DNA of 64,000 nucleotides from an archaeon GW2011_AR15 (GCA_000830295.1 CP010425.1:384001-448000), one strand, 5' to 3'; positions 48,875 to 58,170 are shown, counted from the stretch's first letter. Notes: generated by a model from the sequence alone, not told the origin. Numbers and translations: made by a program.

Positions 48875-49383
48875 TTTTTATCCTTTTTCTCCTGCTTTGC
48901 TTCTTTCTTTTTTTCAGCCGGTTTTTCTCCAGCTTTCTTTTCTGCTTTTGGCTTTTTTTCCAGCAGCACGACCTGGATGTGGCTCCTCTTCATCACAGAC
49001 CTTTTTTTTCTCCCGTACCTTGCCGGCCTTGATGCCAGGTGTGCGGAAATGTGGTATATTATTAAATATTCGGTGTCGAGGCCCTTGTCTTTTGCGTTTG
49101 ATTCTGCGCTCTTGATTATTGAGAGGATCTCCTTTGCCGCGCTTACAGGATATTTCCCTGCAGCCATACCTTTCTTGTGGGCTGTGTCCTGGTTGTACCT
49201 TTTCATAGGCACTGCCCTTTCCAGTCTTGTTACCTGCTCAAGCATCAGCTTTGCCTTTTTTACAGGCATGCCCCTGATCATCCTTGTTATCTCGACAGAC
49301 TGCTTCGTGGATATGCCCAGCGAATTCCCGTAGGCCCTTGCCACGTTTTCCCTGTCTGTCTTGAATGCATAATTTACTGTCAT
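48871..49383 (-). CDS. rpl22: Ribosomal protein uL22
   Basis: ISTKQSVEI, GKYP, SAESNA. Confidence 0.96.
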   Translation of the reverse strand: MTVNYAFKTDRENVARAYGNSLGISTKQSVEITRMIRGMPVKKAKLMLEQVTRLERAVPMKRYNQDTAHKKGMAAGKYPVSAAKEILSIIKSAESNAKDKGLDTEYLIIYHISAHLASRPARYGRKKRSVMKRSHIQVVLLEKKPKAEKKAGEKPAEKKKEAKQEKKDKK

Positions 49384-49384
49384 T

Positions 49385-49765
49385 TTATCTCACTGACACC
49401 CCTGCGCTGCTCCTTGTTGCCCCTATTCCCGGAGCGCTGTGGTGCACTCCCCTTCTTGTAAGGGCGAACTCGCCAAGGAAATGGCCGAGCATCTCTCCTG
49501 TTATCACAACATCTGCAAATTCCTTCCCGCTGTGGACCTTTATTGTCTTTCCCAGCATTTCCGGGATGACTACCATGTCCCTGCAGTGGGTCTTTACCCT
49601 GTCTCCTGCCCTTATCTTCTCCAGCAGCAGCTTCTGCTGCTCTGTGAAGCCCCTTTCAAGGCTTCTTCTTGCCCTTGAAGGTATGTGTTTCATGAAGTCC
49701 TTTAGTGAAAGCTTCTGCACTTCCTCTATTGTCATTCCCCTGAATGTGAATTCTTTCTTTGCCAT
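49385..49765 (-). CDS. rps19: Ribosomal protein uS19
   Basis: FTFRG, THCRDM, GHFLGEFA, GIGATRSS. Confidence 0.97.
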   Translation of the reverse strand: MAKKEFTFRGMTIEEVQKLSLKDFMKHIPSRARRSLERGFTEQQKLLLEKIRAGDRVKTHCRDMVVIPEMLGKTIKVHSGKEFADVVITGEMLGHFLGEFALTRRGVHHSAPGIGATRSSAGVSVR

Positions 49766-49767
49766 CT

Positions 49768-50469
49768 TTACCTCTTCATACCCGTCCTTCTCGGCCTTAT
49801 CTTACCTACTTTTGCTCCCGGAGGCGCGTTCTTGTCTGCGATTGTAGGCTGGCCTTTCTTGGATGACCTGGATGTACCGAATGGATGGTCGACTGCGTTC
49901 ATGGACTGTCCTGATACCTTAGGCCATAGTTTGTTCCTTGCCTTCATATAATGGTATTTCCTTCCTGCTGTCAGGAATGGCTTTTCTTTTCTTCCTGCTC
50001 CTGCAATCATGCCCACTGTTGCCCTGCATTCTGCATGGAATGTTTTTTCCTTCTTTGAAGGAAGCATGATTACCACGTCATTGTCCTTTTTTGACAGCAG
50101 CCTTGCAAAGCATCCGCTTGACCTGACGAACTTTCCCCCGTCTCCCGGCCTGCCTTCTATATTAAATAGTGCCGCTCCTATCGGGATGTCTTTCAGGTGG
50201 AGTGTGTTGCCGTTCTTCGGCTCTACGCTTCCTATGTTTACTGTGTCGCCTGTCCTCATGCCTTCTGCGGCAATGACGTATGTCTCTTCTCCTGAATCAT
50301 ACTGTATTTTTGCAAGCGGGCTTGAGTGGCCCCTGCATTTTATGAAATCAATAATTTTTCCGAATGATGCCCTTTGCGGGTATGATACTTTTGCCTTGTA
50401 CTTGAAGCTCGGAGCCCTGTATGTCGGGCTTCCCTTTCCCCTTGCCTGCTGTATCAGATTCTTTCCCAT
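49768..50469 (-). CDS. rpl2: Ribosomal protein uL2
   Basis: QARGKG, PGDGGK, MNAVDHPFG, PPGAKVG. Confidence 0.97.
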   Translation of the reverse strand: MGKNLIQQARGKGSPTYRAPSFKYKAKVSYPQRASFGKIIDFIKCRGHSSPLAKIQYDSGEETYVIAAEGMRTGDTVNIGSVEPKNGNTLHLKDIPIGAALFNIEGRPGDGGKFVRSSGCFARLLSKKDNDVVIMLPSKKEKTFHAECRATVGMIAGAGRKEKPFLTAGRKYHYMKARNKLWPKVSGQSMNAVDHPFGTSRSSKKGQPTIADKNAPPGAKVGKIRPRRTGMKR

Positions 50470-50476
50470 GCTGTTC

Positions 50477-50725
50477 TCACATTATCCCCAGTTGTGTTGC
50501 CAGGTCGATTGCGGGCGTCTCGTCTGAAAGCTTGACGTATGCCTTTTTCCTTCCTTTAGGGTCAATGGTTGTGTTTACCCTTGCCACCTTGACTTTATAC
50601 AGTGATTCGACTGCTTCCTTTACCTGCTTCTTTGTTGCTGACCTCTCGACTATGAATATCAGCGAGTTGTCTGACTCCATCAGCCTTATTGTCTTCTCTG
50701 TTGCAAGCGGGTATTTGATTATCAT
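50477..50725 (-). CDS. rpl23: Ribosomal protein uL23
   Basis: TEK, KVARVNT, KKAYVKL. Confidence 0.96.
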   Translation of the reverse strand: MIIKYPLATEKTIRLMESDNSLIFIVERSATKKQVKEAVESLYKVKVARVNTTIDPKGRKKAYVKLSDETPAIDLATQLGIM

Positions 50726-51615
50726 TCTTTAACCTTCTTTACTGCAGGCTTTTTTACCGCAGGTTTTTTGGCGGGCTTCGGCTCTGCCTTTTTCTCTTCT
50801 TTTACCGGCGAGTCTGTAAATAGCCTCAGCTCTGCAATTTTCTTTATGCTGCCTTCTGTGTATAATGTAAGCCTGCCCATGTCTGCTCCCGGGGCAAGCA
50901 CTTCCGCGTTTAAATTGGCGACTTCAACAACTTCCACTCCCGGGATGTTGCATGCTGCCCCGATAAGGCTGCATTTCCCTGAAACAACTATTAGCGGGCC
51001 GATTGCCTGCTGGTATGGCCTTCCCCTTCTTTTTGCGTTCCCTGTTTTTGAGGATCTCCTTGCTGCCCTCTCAAGCTCTTTTTCAAGCCCAAGCTTGGCA
51101 AGCATGTCAAGAACCTCTTTTGTTTTCTTCATATCTTCTGCTGAGTTCTCAATAACTAATGGATATTCTGATACTACGTGGCCCCTTGCTGAGACAAGCT
51201 CCTTTATTACAGATGCTGCCATTGCAGACCTTATTGCCTTCCTTCTCTCTTTCCTGTTCAGCTTCCTGTAGATAACTTTCTCTGCCTGAGGGGGGTGGGC
51301 TTCCCTTCCGCCCCTTGTGTTGGGGTTTGTGGCTCCCATCCAGTTGAACCTTGTTCCCCTGTGGCTCATTATTTTTCTTGAAACCCTGGATATTCCTATC
51401 CCGTATGCGCCCTTATAATGCCTTCTCCTTCTTGATAGCTTTGATGAGTATTTTTTTCCTGCTTCAGGGTCTGTCCCGTATGGCTGCTTTTTGTGGCTGT
51501 GTATTGCCAGGACTGCCCTCTTGATTAAGTCATCCCTTACAGGCTCCTTAAACTGGCTTGGCAAATCTATGTTCCCTTTGCCTTCCCCTGCTTTTGTTTT
51601 GAGTATCGCTTTCAT
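50722..51615 (-). CDS. rpl4: Ribosomal protein uL4
   Basis: RDDLIKRA, GGREAHPP, LAPG..GRLT. Confidence 0.96.
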   Translation of the reverse strand: MKAILKTKAGEGKGNIDLPSQFKEPVRDDLIKRAVLAIHSHKKQPYGTDPEAGKKYSSKLSRRRRHYKGAYGIGISRVSRKIMSHRGTRFNWMGATNPNTRGGREAHPPQAEKVIYRKLNRKERRKAIRSAMAASVIKELVSARGHVVSEYPLVIENSAEDMKKTKEVLDMLAKLGLEKELERAARRSSKTGNAKRRGRPYQQAIGPLIVVSGKCSLIGAACNIPGVEVVEVANLNAEVLAPGADMGRLTLYTEGSIKKIAELRLFTDSPVKEEKKAEPKPAKKPAVKKPAVKKVKE

Positions 51616-51616
51616 A

Positions 51617-52597
51617 TTATATTCCCTGCATCTCGTGCAGGCTTATTTTTTCTATTGTCGGAAGAGACTGCTTCTTGTTGGACCTTACTGCCAGCTGCAT
51701 GACCACAAGGCGCTTCTTTGCCCCTGCAACCCCGCCCTTGACTAAGGCTGCTGCGGTCTTCACATTGCCGTATCTTATTATGCCGCCCTTGAATTTTATC
51801 TCCTCGGGCTTTACTATTTTGAATAGCTGCTTGTTGTATTCTGTCCTCTGGTGGTAGCCCATCTTTCCTGCATGCGCGACCCTCCACATTACCTGGCCCT
51901 GGCCTCTCCATGCTCCCAGTGATCCCGGGTTCCTTATGGATTTCTCGGACTTGGCCTGCCTTATGTGGATGCCGAACCTCTTTAGCGGGCCCTGGAACCC
52001 TTTCCCTTTTGTGAATGATTTCAGGTCCAGCATGGTGCCGTCTGCAAATACAGAATCTATTGATATCTCCTTTCCTATGTTGCTTTTTACAAATTCAATC
52101 TTGTCTTTCACTTCAGTGCCGCCTATGCCGATTTCCGCCATGTCGGGCATTTTCTTTCCTATGCCTGTTGCTGCAGGCTGTGAATATACTAACACCCTTG
52201 CATCGTCGTATTCCTCAGGGTTGATTTTCTCCAAAGTGTGCGCTTTCTTTGGCAGGCTCATTCTTTTCTCCAGATTCTTGTCTTTTGACGCCAGGATTAT
52301 TTCTGTCTTCAGCTTCAGGTCTACGCCGTCTTTCTTGTATAGTCTCAGAGAAGCAATCTTTACAGGGGGGCACTCGATTATTGTCACAGGGAATGAGACT
52401 TCCTGTCCTTTAAGGTGGGAATGCTTGCTGGTCTCTGTTGTCTGGACATGCGTCATACCTGCCTTGTATCCTAAGAAGCCTGTCAGCTTTACATCCTTTG
52501 ATTCTGCATAGGACCTGATCCTCGGAGTGCTTCTCTTAGACCTGACTCTAGGCCAGAACTGCATTGACCCTGCTCTTGGTTTTCTTACTGTTGGCAT
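51617..52597 (-). CDS. rpl3: Ribosomal protein uL3
   Basis: PRAGSMQFWPR, GYKAGMTH, TKGKGFQGP, GKMGYHQRTEYNK. Confidence 0.97.
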   Translation of the reverse strand: MPTVRKPRAGSMQFWPRVRSKRSTPRIRSYAESKDVKLTGFLGYKAGMTHVQTTETSKHSHLKGQEVSFPVTIIECPPVKIASLRLYKKDGVDLKLKTEIILASKDKNLEKRMSLPKKAHTLEKINPEEYDDARVLVYSQPAATGIGKKMPDMAEIGIGGTEVKDKIEFVKSNIGKEISIDSVFADGTMLDLKSFTKGKGFQGPLKRFGIHIRQAKSEKSIRNPGSLGAWRGQGQVMWRVAHAGKMGYHQRTEYNKQLFKIVKPEEIKFKGGIIRYGNVKTAAALVKGGVAGAKKRLVVMQLAVRSNKKQSLPTIEKISLHEMQGI

Positions 52598-52705
52598 TTC
52601 TAATATCCCTTATTTTTCTTCAAACAGACCTATTCTTGGCTTCTCCTCAGAAACACTCTGAGCAGCCTTTTCAGGTCGCATTAAGCATGTGAAGTGCGTG
52701 CTTAG
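52598..52705 (-). promoter_or_regulatory. Structured 5' leader of the rpl3 operon (candidate r-leader)
   Basis: TTTATAAA at 52729-52736; stems UAAGCA/UGCUUA and GACCU-GGCU-CUCAGA / UCUGAG-AGCC-AGGUC with purine-rich internal loops. Confidence 0.6.
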
Positions 52706-52819
52706 TATAACTTCGGAATTATAAGTGGTTTATAAATGTTGTGGATGGAGGAGTTTTGCCTTAAAAGTCTACAATAAGTAAGACTTATTAGGCAGATTTC
52801 ACACTTATTGGGCAAAAAA

Positions 52820-53161
52820 TTATTTATCAAAAACTGATTTAAGCTTGTTCTCAATAACAATTTTAGTATCTCCTTGCGTAATTATAACATTATTATTTAT
52901 TATTATCTCAATTGGTTTCTTAGTTTTTGACTTTGTTTTTTCAAAGAATCGAATAATATAATGTGCTACTAACTCACTAGCTACACCAACACCAATAACA
53001 AAAATCAGATTAGTAGCTACTTCTTTAAATTTAAGGAAGCTTTCTTGAATTCTACCATAAACACGTAAATTTTCTATTGAGTTAAGGTTTTCAACTAATT
53101 CACTTACTCCAAAATCATCTACCCCCCCAATCCTAACGTCTATTTCTCCAATCATTTTCAA
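52820..53161 (-). CDS. Small hypothetical protein with central hydrophobic helix
   Basis: NLIFVIGVGVASELVAHYII; 27 bp downstream of the MTase-Mrr gene, AT-rich. Confidence 0.65.
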   Translation of the reverse strand: MKMIGEIDVRIGGVDDFGVSELVENLNSIENLRVYGRIQESFLKFKEVATNLIFVIGVGVASELVAHYIIRFFEKTKSKTKKPIEIIINNNVIITQGDTKIVIENKLKSVFDK

Positions 53162-53188
53162 ATGCTTTTAATTTATATCAAAAATAAT

Positions 53189-54394
53189 TTATTCTTCTAC
53201 TTTTCCATCTATTAACTCCTGGACTGTCCTTAGAATAATAGTAATTCCTTTTTGATTTTTAACTCTAGCTACTTCTTCATATGCTCCCTTTGCAAATGAA
53301 AAAGCGACTATATATCCTTTCTTTTTATGGACTCTGTCCATAGCTGGTTGAAAATTATCTATAACATTCCGTCCTACACCTTCGCTTTGTTTAACCTGTA
53401 TAGGATAACCTCCAGATATTTGAGGAGTAACCCCATCTATTCCCATATCTCCTGATTTTGTTCCACTAACATTGCCAAGAAATTTATCAACAACAACCCA
53501 ATTTTGAAAATCAAAGGGGTTTAACTTCTGAACATATTTTAAATCTACTTTCCCTTTGATAATTTGTGGGCTTACTCCCAAATCTTGCCTTAATCTTCTT
53601 GCCATAACTTTACAGGCAGTGGGACTTATATCAATACCAATCCACCTTCTTTTAAGTTTTTGAGATACAACTAAAGTGGTTCCACAACCACAAAAAGGGT
53701 CTAAAACTATACTACCTTCATTTGAAGAGGCTTTAATTATTCTTTTTAATAATGGTTCTGGTTTTTGCGTTGGAAACATTTGTTTTATTGGTGGAACTCT
53801 ACCAATATCCCATACATCATCCATTGGAACCCCCTCAGAGTCTTCTTTTGACATTTTGGCAGGAATTCTTTTACCATTATCATCATAACCTGAAATTATT
53901 TTTGCATTTCCAAATCGCTTTAAGGTTGATTCTGACCTTTCCATAAACATCTTATTGAATACCCTTTTGTCATTATCTGTCTTTGAATAGAATAAGAGGA
54001 CATCATGATTTCGTTGAAATTGTTGCCATCCTCCCGACCATTTTCTATAATGCCATATTATCTCATTTCTAAAATTATTTTCTCCAAAAATATTATCCAT
54101 TAATATTCTTAGATGTGCGTCGGCGTGCCAATCACAATGCAAATATATACTACCTGTTTTTTTAAGGATTCTATTACATTCCCTTAATCTTGGCTCCATC
54201 CATGTTATATAGTGCTCTATTCCCCCTTGCCATCGGTCTTGAAATGCTCTAAGTTCAGCACCATCTTTCCATATAACTTCATAATGTCTATTAGAGAAGA
54301 AAGGTGGGTCTAAATAAATTAAGTCAACGCTTTCACTTGGAAATTTGCTTAATATCTCTAAGTTATCTCCTTCATAAATAGCATTTACTTCCAT
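53189..54394 (-). CDS. Beta-class N4/N6 DNA methyltransferase fused to Mrr-type endonuclease domain
   Basis: DLIYLDPPF, FPTQKP, DPFCGCGT; C-terminal PFDFQNW, DMGIDG, IQVK, KGYIVAFSF. Confidence 0.9.
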   Translation of the reverse strand: MEVNAIYEGDNLEILSKFPSESVDLIYLDPPFFSNRHYEVIWKDGAELRAFQDRWQGGIEHYITWMEPRLRECNRILKKTGSIYLHCDWHADAHLRILMDNIFGENNFRNEIIWHYRKWSGGWQQFQRNHDVLLFYSKTDNDKRVFNKMFMERSESTLKRFGNAKIISGYDDNGKRIPAKMSKEDSEGVPMDDVWDIGRVPPIKQMFPTQKPEPLLKRIIKASSNEGSIVLDPFCGCGTTLVVSQKLKRRWIGIDISPTACKVMARRLRQDLGVSPQIIKGKVDLKYVQKLNPFDFQNWVVVDKFLGNVSGTKSGDMGIDGVTPQISGGYPIQVKQSEGVGRNVIDNFQPAMDRVHKKKGYIVAFSFAKGAYEEVARVKNQKGITIILRTVQELIDGKVEE

Positions 54395-54482
54395 TAATGT
54401 ATTCGTTATCGTCTTAGTTATATAAATTTTTTCAAAAATGAACGGGAGCAACACAAAATTTATATTAAATTCCTACTAGATT

Positions 54483-55385
54483 ATGTTCAAAATAAAGAAA
54501 ATGGAAGAAATTATCTCACAATTGCCCAAATCTAGAGTGAAAATAGTCTCAAAAAATAAAACTTCTCATGTTTTGGTTAATGGAAATTCACTAAAATTAA
54601 TGAAAAATATGCCGGAGGAAAGTATACACTTGATAATAACGGACCCTCCATATAACATTGGATTGGATTATGGAGATGAGTATAATGACAATAAGTCTAA
54701 AAAGGAATATTACCGGTGGTGTGAGGAATGGTTAACTGAATGCGCAAGAATTCTACATAAGGAGGGAAGTTTTTATCTGATCAGTTACCCTGAGATAAAT
54801 GCCAGATTACTACCATTTATTGAAGATAATTTAAAATTAAATTTTCAGAGATGGATAACTTGGCATTATCCAACCAATATTGGACACTCAAACAAGAATT
54901 ACACAAGAAGTCATAGGTCAATACTATTTTTTACAAAATCAAGAAAATATGTTTTTAACAGAGAAAAGGTGTTACAGGCCTATAAAAATCCTGAGGTTGG
55001 TAAAATCAAAGATAAAATCAGAGAGGGTTCTATAGGAAGGGCCGCATATGATTATCTTGAGAACAAAGATGTTCTAGAAATGCAGGAATTAGAGAAACTG
55101 CAGGAAAGATATTATGATATTCAAAAGATAAATCTCCTAAAAAATGTATCAAAAGATAGGGTTGGATCACTAAAAAAAGGAGACAAGGACCACCATCCAT
55201 GCCAATTACCATTACCACTATTGGAGAGGCTTGTTAAGGTTAGCAGCAAAGAAAAACAAATTTTATTTGACCCATTTGCTGGAACATTTACACTCGCAAA
55301 AATTGCTTCTGATTTAGAAAGAAATTCAATAGGGATAGAGCAAAACCGATATTTTGTGAAGCTGGGAAGAGAGAGATTAGAATGA
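54483..55385 (+). CDS. Beta-class N4/N6 DNA methyltransferase
   Basis: ITDPPYNIG, HPCQLP, DPFAGT, GIE. Confidence 0.92.
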   Translation: MFKIKKMEEIISQLPKSRVKIVSKNKTSHVLVNGNSLKLMKNMPEESIHLIITDPPYNIGLDYGDEYNDNKSKKEYYRWCEEWLTECARILHKEGSFYLISYPEINARLLPFIEDNLKLNFQRWITWHYPTNIGHSNKNYTRSHRSILFFTKSRKYVFNREKVLQAYKNPEVGKIKDKIREGSIGRAAYDYLENKDVLEMQELEKLQERYYDIQKINLLKNVSKDRVGSLKKGDKDHHPCQLPLPLLERLVKVSSKEKQILFDPFAGTFTLAKIASDLERNSIGIEQNRYFVKLGRERLE

Positions 55386-57148
55386 AACAAAAATATTCAG
55401 CTAATGATGAGTTAAAAACCTTTGCTCAAAATCTTGGATTTAAAATATTTTTATTTGATGATATTATTACACTTGGCCCAGAAATTAAACTTAGAGAACA
55501 AAGCAAAAGCTGTGAAATAGATGCTATTTTGATATATGAGAATTTAATTATTTTAGTTGGTATAACTAAAGGGGATTCTACAGGAACGAAAAAAGAAATA
55601 AACAAGTTTTTTGAAAGATTGGATAAAGTATATTATACAAAAGATATGAAGTTAAATTTAGAAATAAACACTTCAAATAAAGAGGCAATTAAAAAAAATA
55701 TAATTAAGGCGAATATTTTGTATGAAGAACTTGAAAAAAATATTAAAGAAATTGAAAAAAATTATGAGCCAAAATTAACTAAGCTTTTTTTCTGCCCGAG
55801 ACATAGTCTAGATGAATTAAAATTAAGAGATAGAAGCTCCTCTGGTGAATATATTATAGACAAAGATGTGAATGGGTATTTTATTGCGGTTGTAGACAGG
55901 TTAAACACAAAAGTTCTTTTTAATGATTTTATGTATTTTTTAAATATAAAAAAAGTGGATTTGGAAAAAAAATCACCATCCAAAACAAAGAAACCCGGAA
56001 AAACATCACCTTACAGTCATGTAAGCAGGATGGAACTTGAGAAAGATAAAAGTATAATGTATTCATTTGCGGTTAAAGTAGAAGAAATAGTAGATTTTAT
56101 CACTGTTCTAAGAGTATCACAAAAATATAATAAGAAAGGGTTCCAAAGGATGATAAAGAAGAAAAGATTAGATAAAATTAATGATGGGTACCTAAATGAA
56201 AATGAAACATTTCCAAATAATGTTATTTTGACTCTAAACCCAAAAATATACCTAAATGAAAATGAGTTCTATGATAGAAATGAAAATGAGTTTAGATTTC
56301 TCGATGAGTTTAATTCATTGTATGTGATTGATGGTCAGCATAGAATTTTTTCCTTTATTAAAGGGGAAAAATTGGATAGGCCTGTGTTAATTTCTTTAAT
56401 TTTCTTTAAAACTGGAAATGATGATGAGAAAGCACTCAGTATGGATAGAATGTTTTATGAAATAAATAAAAAACAAGAAAAAATTGATCCGAATTTAAGT
56501 TTCATTCTTAAGGCGAGGATTGATCAAGATTCCAATGAAAATTTCTGGTATGGTGTGTTTGATAAGTTAAAAGAAGATATATTGGGCAATTCTTATTCTT
56601 TTAAAGAAACAACAATTAGAGATAAAGAGAAAAAAAGTATAGTGAGCCTAATAACGTACGGTGGTGTATTCGCACTAAATGATACAAAAAAGAAAAAAGG
56701 AATAGAGCTGTTTGGTCTCAAAAAATTTTATTCAGAAGAAAAACAAAAGAATATAGAGTTTGTTATTTGTTTTTTAAACAATTATTTCAAAATTATAGCT
56801 AAAGTTCTGAATAAACAAAATATAGATGAAAAAAAATTAACTGTAAGAGATATAGGTGCACTTTTGAGATTAATTAAACATTTCTTATTGTCTAAAAAAG
56901 AAGAATTAAAACTTTTAGGAGAAGTTAAAAATATAATAAAAAATGAAGAAAATAAAGATCTTATCAACTATTTAGAAAAAATATTGAACTATATACCATT
57001 CAAGGAGGTAGTAATGTTAGAGTATGGGTCAAGTAAGTGGGCAGCAATAGAAGGATATATGCTTAAAAAAATTAATGATATTGATCAACGTTTTGGCAAT
57101 AAAATTTTGCTCTCAAAAAAAGGACTTGAAGTATATAACCAAATATAA
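55382..57148 (+). CDS. DGQHR-domain (DndB/ParB-like) protein with degenerate PD-(D/E)xK-like N-terminus
   Basis: FQRM, FPNNVIL, VIDGQHR, FYEINKKQ; N-terminal EIDAILIYENLIILVGITK; ATGA overlap with the MTase. Confidence 0.88.
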   Translation: MKQKYSANDELKTFAQNLGFKIFLFDDIITLGPEIKLREQSKSCEIDAILIYENLIILVGITKGDSTGTKKEINKFFERLDKVYYTKDMKLNLEINTSNKEAIKKNIIKANILYEELEKNIKEIEKNYEPKLTKLFFCPRHSLDELKLRDRSSSGEYIIDKDVNGYFIAVVDRLNTKVLFNDFMYFLNIKKVDLEKKSPSKTKKPGKTSPYSHVSRMELEKDKSIMYSFAVKVEEIVDFITVLRVSQKYNKKGFQRMIKKKRLDKINDGYLNENETFPNNVILTLNPKIYLNENEFYDRNENEFRFLDEFNSLYVIDGQHRIFSFIKGEKLDRPVLISLIFFKTGNDDEKALSMDRMFYEINKKQEKIDPNLSFILKARIDQDSNENFWYGVFDKLKEDILGNSYSFKETTIRDKEKKSIVSLITYGGVFALNDTKKKKGIELFGLKKFYSEEKQKNIEFVICFLNNYFKIIAKVLNKQNIDEKKLTVRDIGALLRLIKHFLLSKKEELKLLGEVKNIIKNEENKDLINYLEKILNYIPFKEVVMLEYGSSKWAAIEGYMLKKINDIDQRFGNKILLSKKGLEVYNQI

Positions 57149-57220
57149 ACTAGATAATTATTTCTTTTTTATTAGGAGAGTCTTCAACCCCACAACATCT
57201 ACATCCACAACCAAAAACCT

Positions 57221-57646
57221 CTATCTCCGGATTAATCCCTCCAGAACATCAATACTATGCCTAAACTCCGGCTCATTCTGCTCAAGGTAAGAAGGCTCTA
57301 CAAATATGCCGTCATAATTGATCCTGTTTCTTATGTTTTTCAGCTGATGAACTGTAAATGACTCATACTCATATTCCGGATATGTTTCTTTAAAGAAAGA
57401 TATCAGGCACTCGTGATTGCCGGATTTAAGGCCGTTTTTCAATAATAGAGCTGTCAGCAATTCTCTTATTGTTTCATAATACATAACAGCAATTATCGAC
57501 GATGTCTCCCTGTCTTTTTTGATCTGCTGTATTGACTTAACCCTGGCCTTTGAAACTTTTAATATAGATATAATTTTGTCTTTATCAGGTTCCACTTTCT
57601 TAAGAAATTCCTTTTTGCACCTTTCATAGTGTATGATTTCCCTCAT
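57221..57646 (-). CDS. HEPN-domain protein (toxin of MNT-HEPN pair)
   Basis: YYE, G.KSGNHEC, RNRINYDG. Confidence 0.8.
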   Translation of the reverse strand: MREIIHYERCKKEFLKKVEPDKDKIISILKVSKARVKSIQQIKKDRETSSIIAVMYYETIRELLTALLLKNGLKSGNHECLISFFKETYPEYEYESFTVHQLKNIRNRINYDGIFVEPSYLEQNEPEFRHSIDVLEGLIRR

Positions 57647-58140
57647 AACCTACCGTATAAAGGTATGCCGTTGATAATATTGTTTCTTAGTTCCTCGGAC
57701 AGTTTCCGGAAATCCGGCTCAAAGAACAAGTTAACCCTGTGGTTAAGTGCTCTCTCAAACTTTCCTAAATTAACTTCTTTTTCGTTTGCCATGATATACA
57801 GATCAATGTCGCTCTCTTTGTCATATTCCCCTTTTGCCACGCTGCCGAATAAGACTATTGCTTTGGGGTATATGCTCTCTGCAAGGGCCTGTATCAACCC
57901 TGAGCTGTAAATCTTTTCTATAAGAAAATGCTTTTTATACACCTTATACAGCATATTTTCGGTGGCAGCCACATATTTATCATACGGCTCGTCTTTTTTC
58001 CTTATTACTATCCCCTGCTTTACCAGCTCTTTTAATTTGCCTGAAGCGGTTGTTTTGGGCGTTTTAGTTAATCTTGCAACTTGCCTCAGGTAGAATTCTT
58101 TTCCCGGGTTTTCATAGAATAGTTCTGCTAACTGTCCCAT
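57643..58140 (-). CDS. wHTH-minimal nucleotidyltransferase (MNT antitoxin)
   Basis: FYLRQVAR HTH; LFGSVAKGE...SDIDL; NIINGI. Confidence 0.9.
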   Translation of the reverse strand: MGQLAELFYENPGKEFYLRQVARLTKTPKTTASGKLKELVKQGIVIRKKDEPYDKYVAATENMLYKVYKKHFLIEKIYSSGLIQALAESIYPKAIVLFGSVAKGEYDKESDIDLYIMANEKEVNLGKFERALNHRVNLFFEPDFRKLSEELRNNIINGIPLYGRL

Positions 58141-58170
58141 TTTTAGTACATTTGTCCCATAGTTGGGACA
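58133..58170. promoter_or_regulatory. Tandem operator palindromes of the MNT-HEPN promoter
   Basis: TGTCCCA-TAGT-TGGGACA (58153-58170) plus degenerate TGTCCCA-TTTT-TAGTACA over the start codon; TATA at 58173-58180. Confidence 0.7.
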
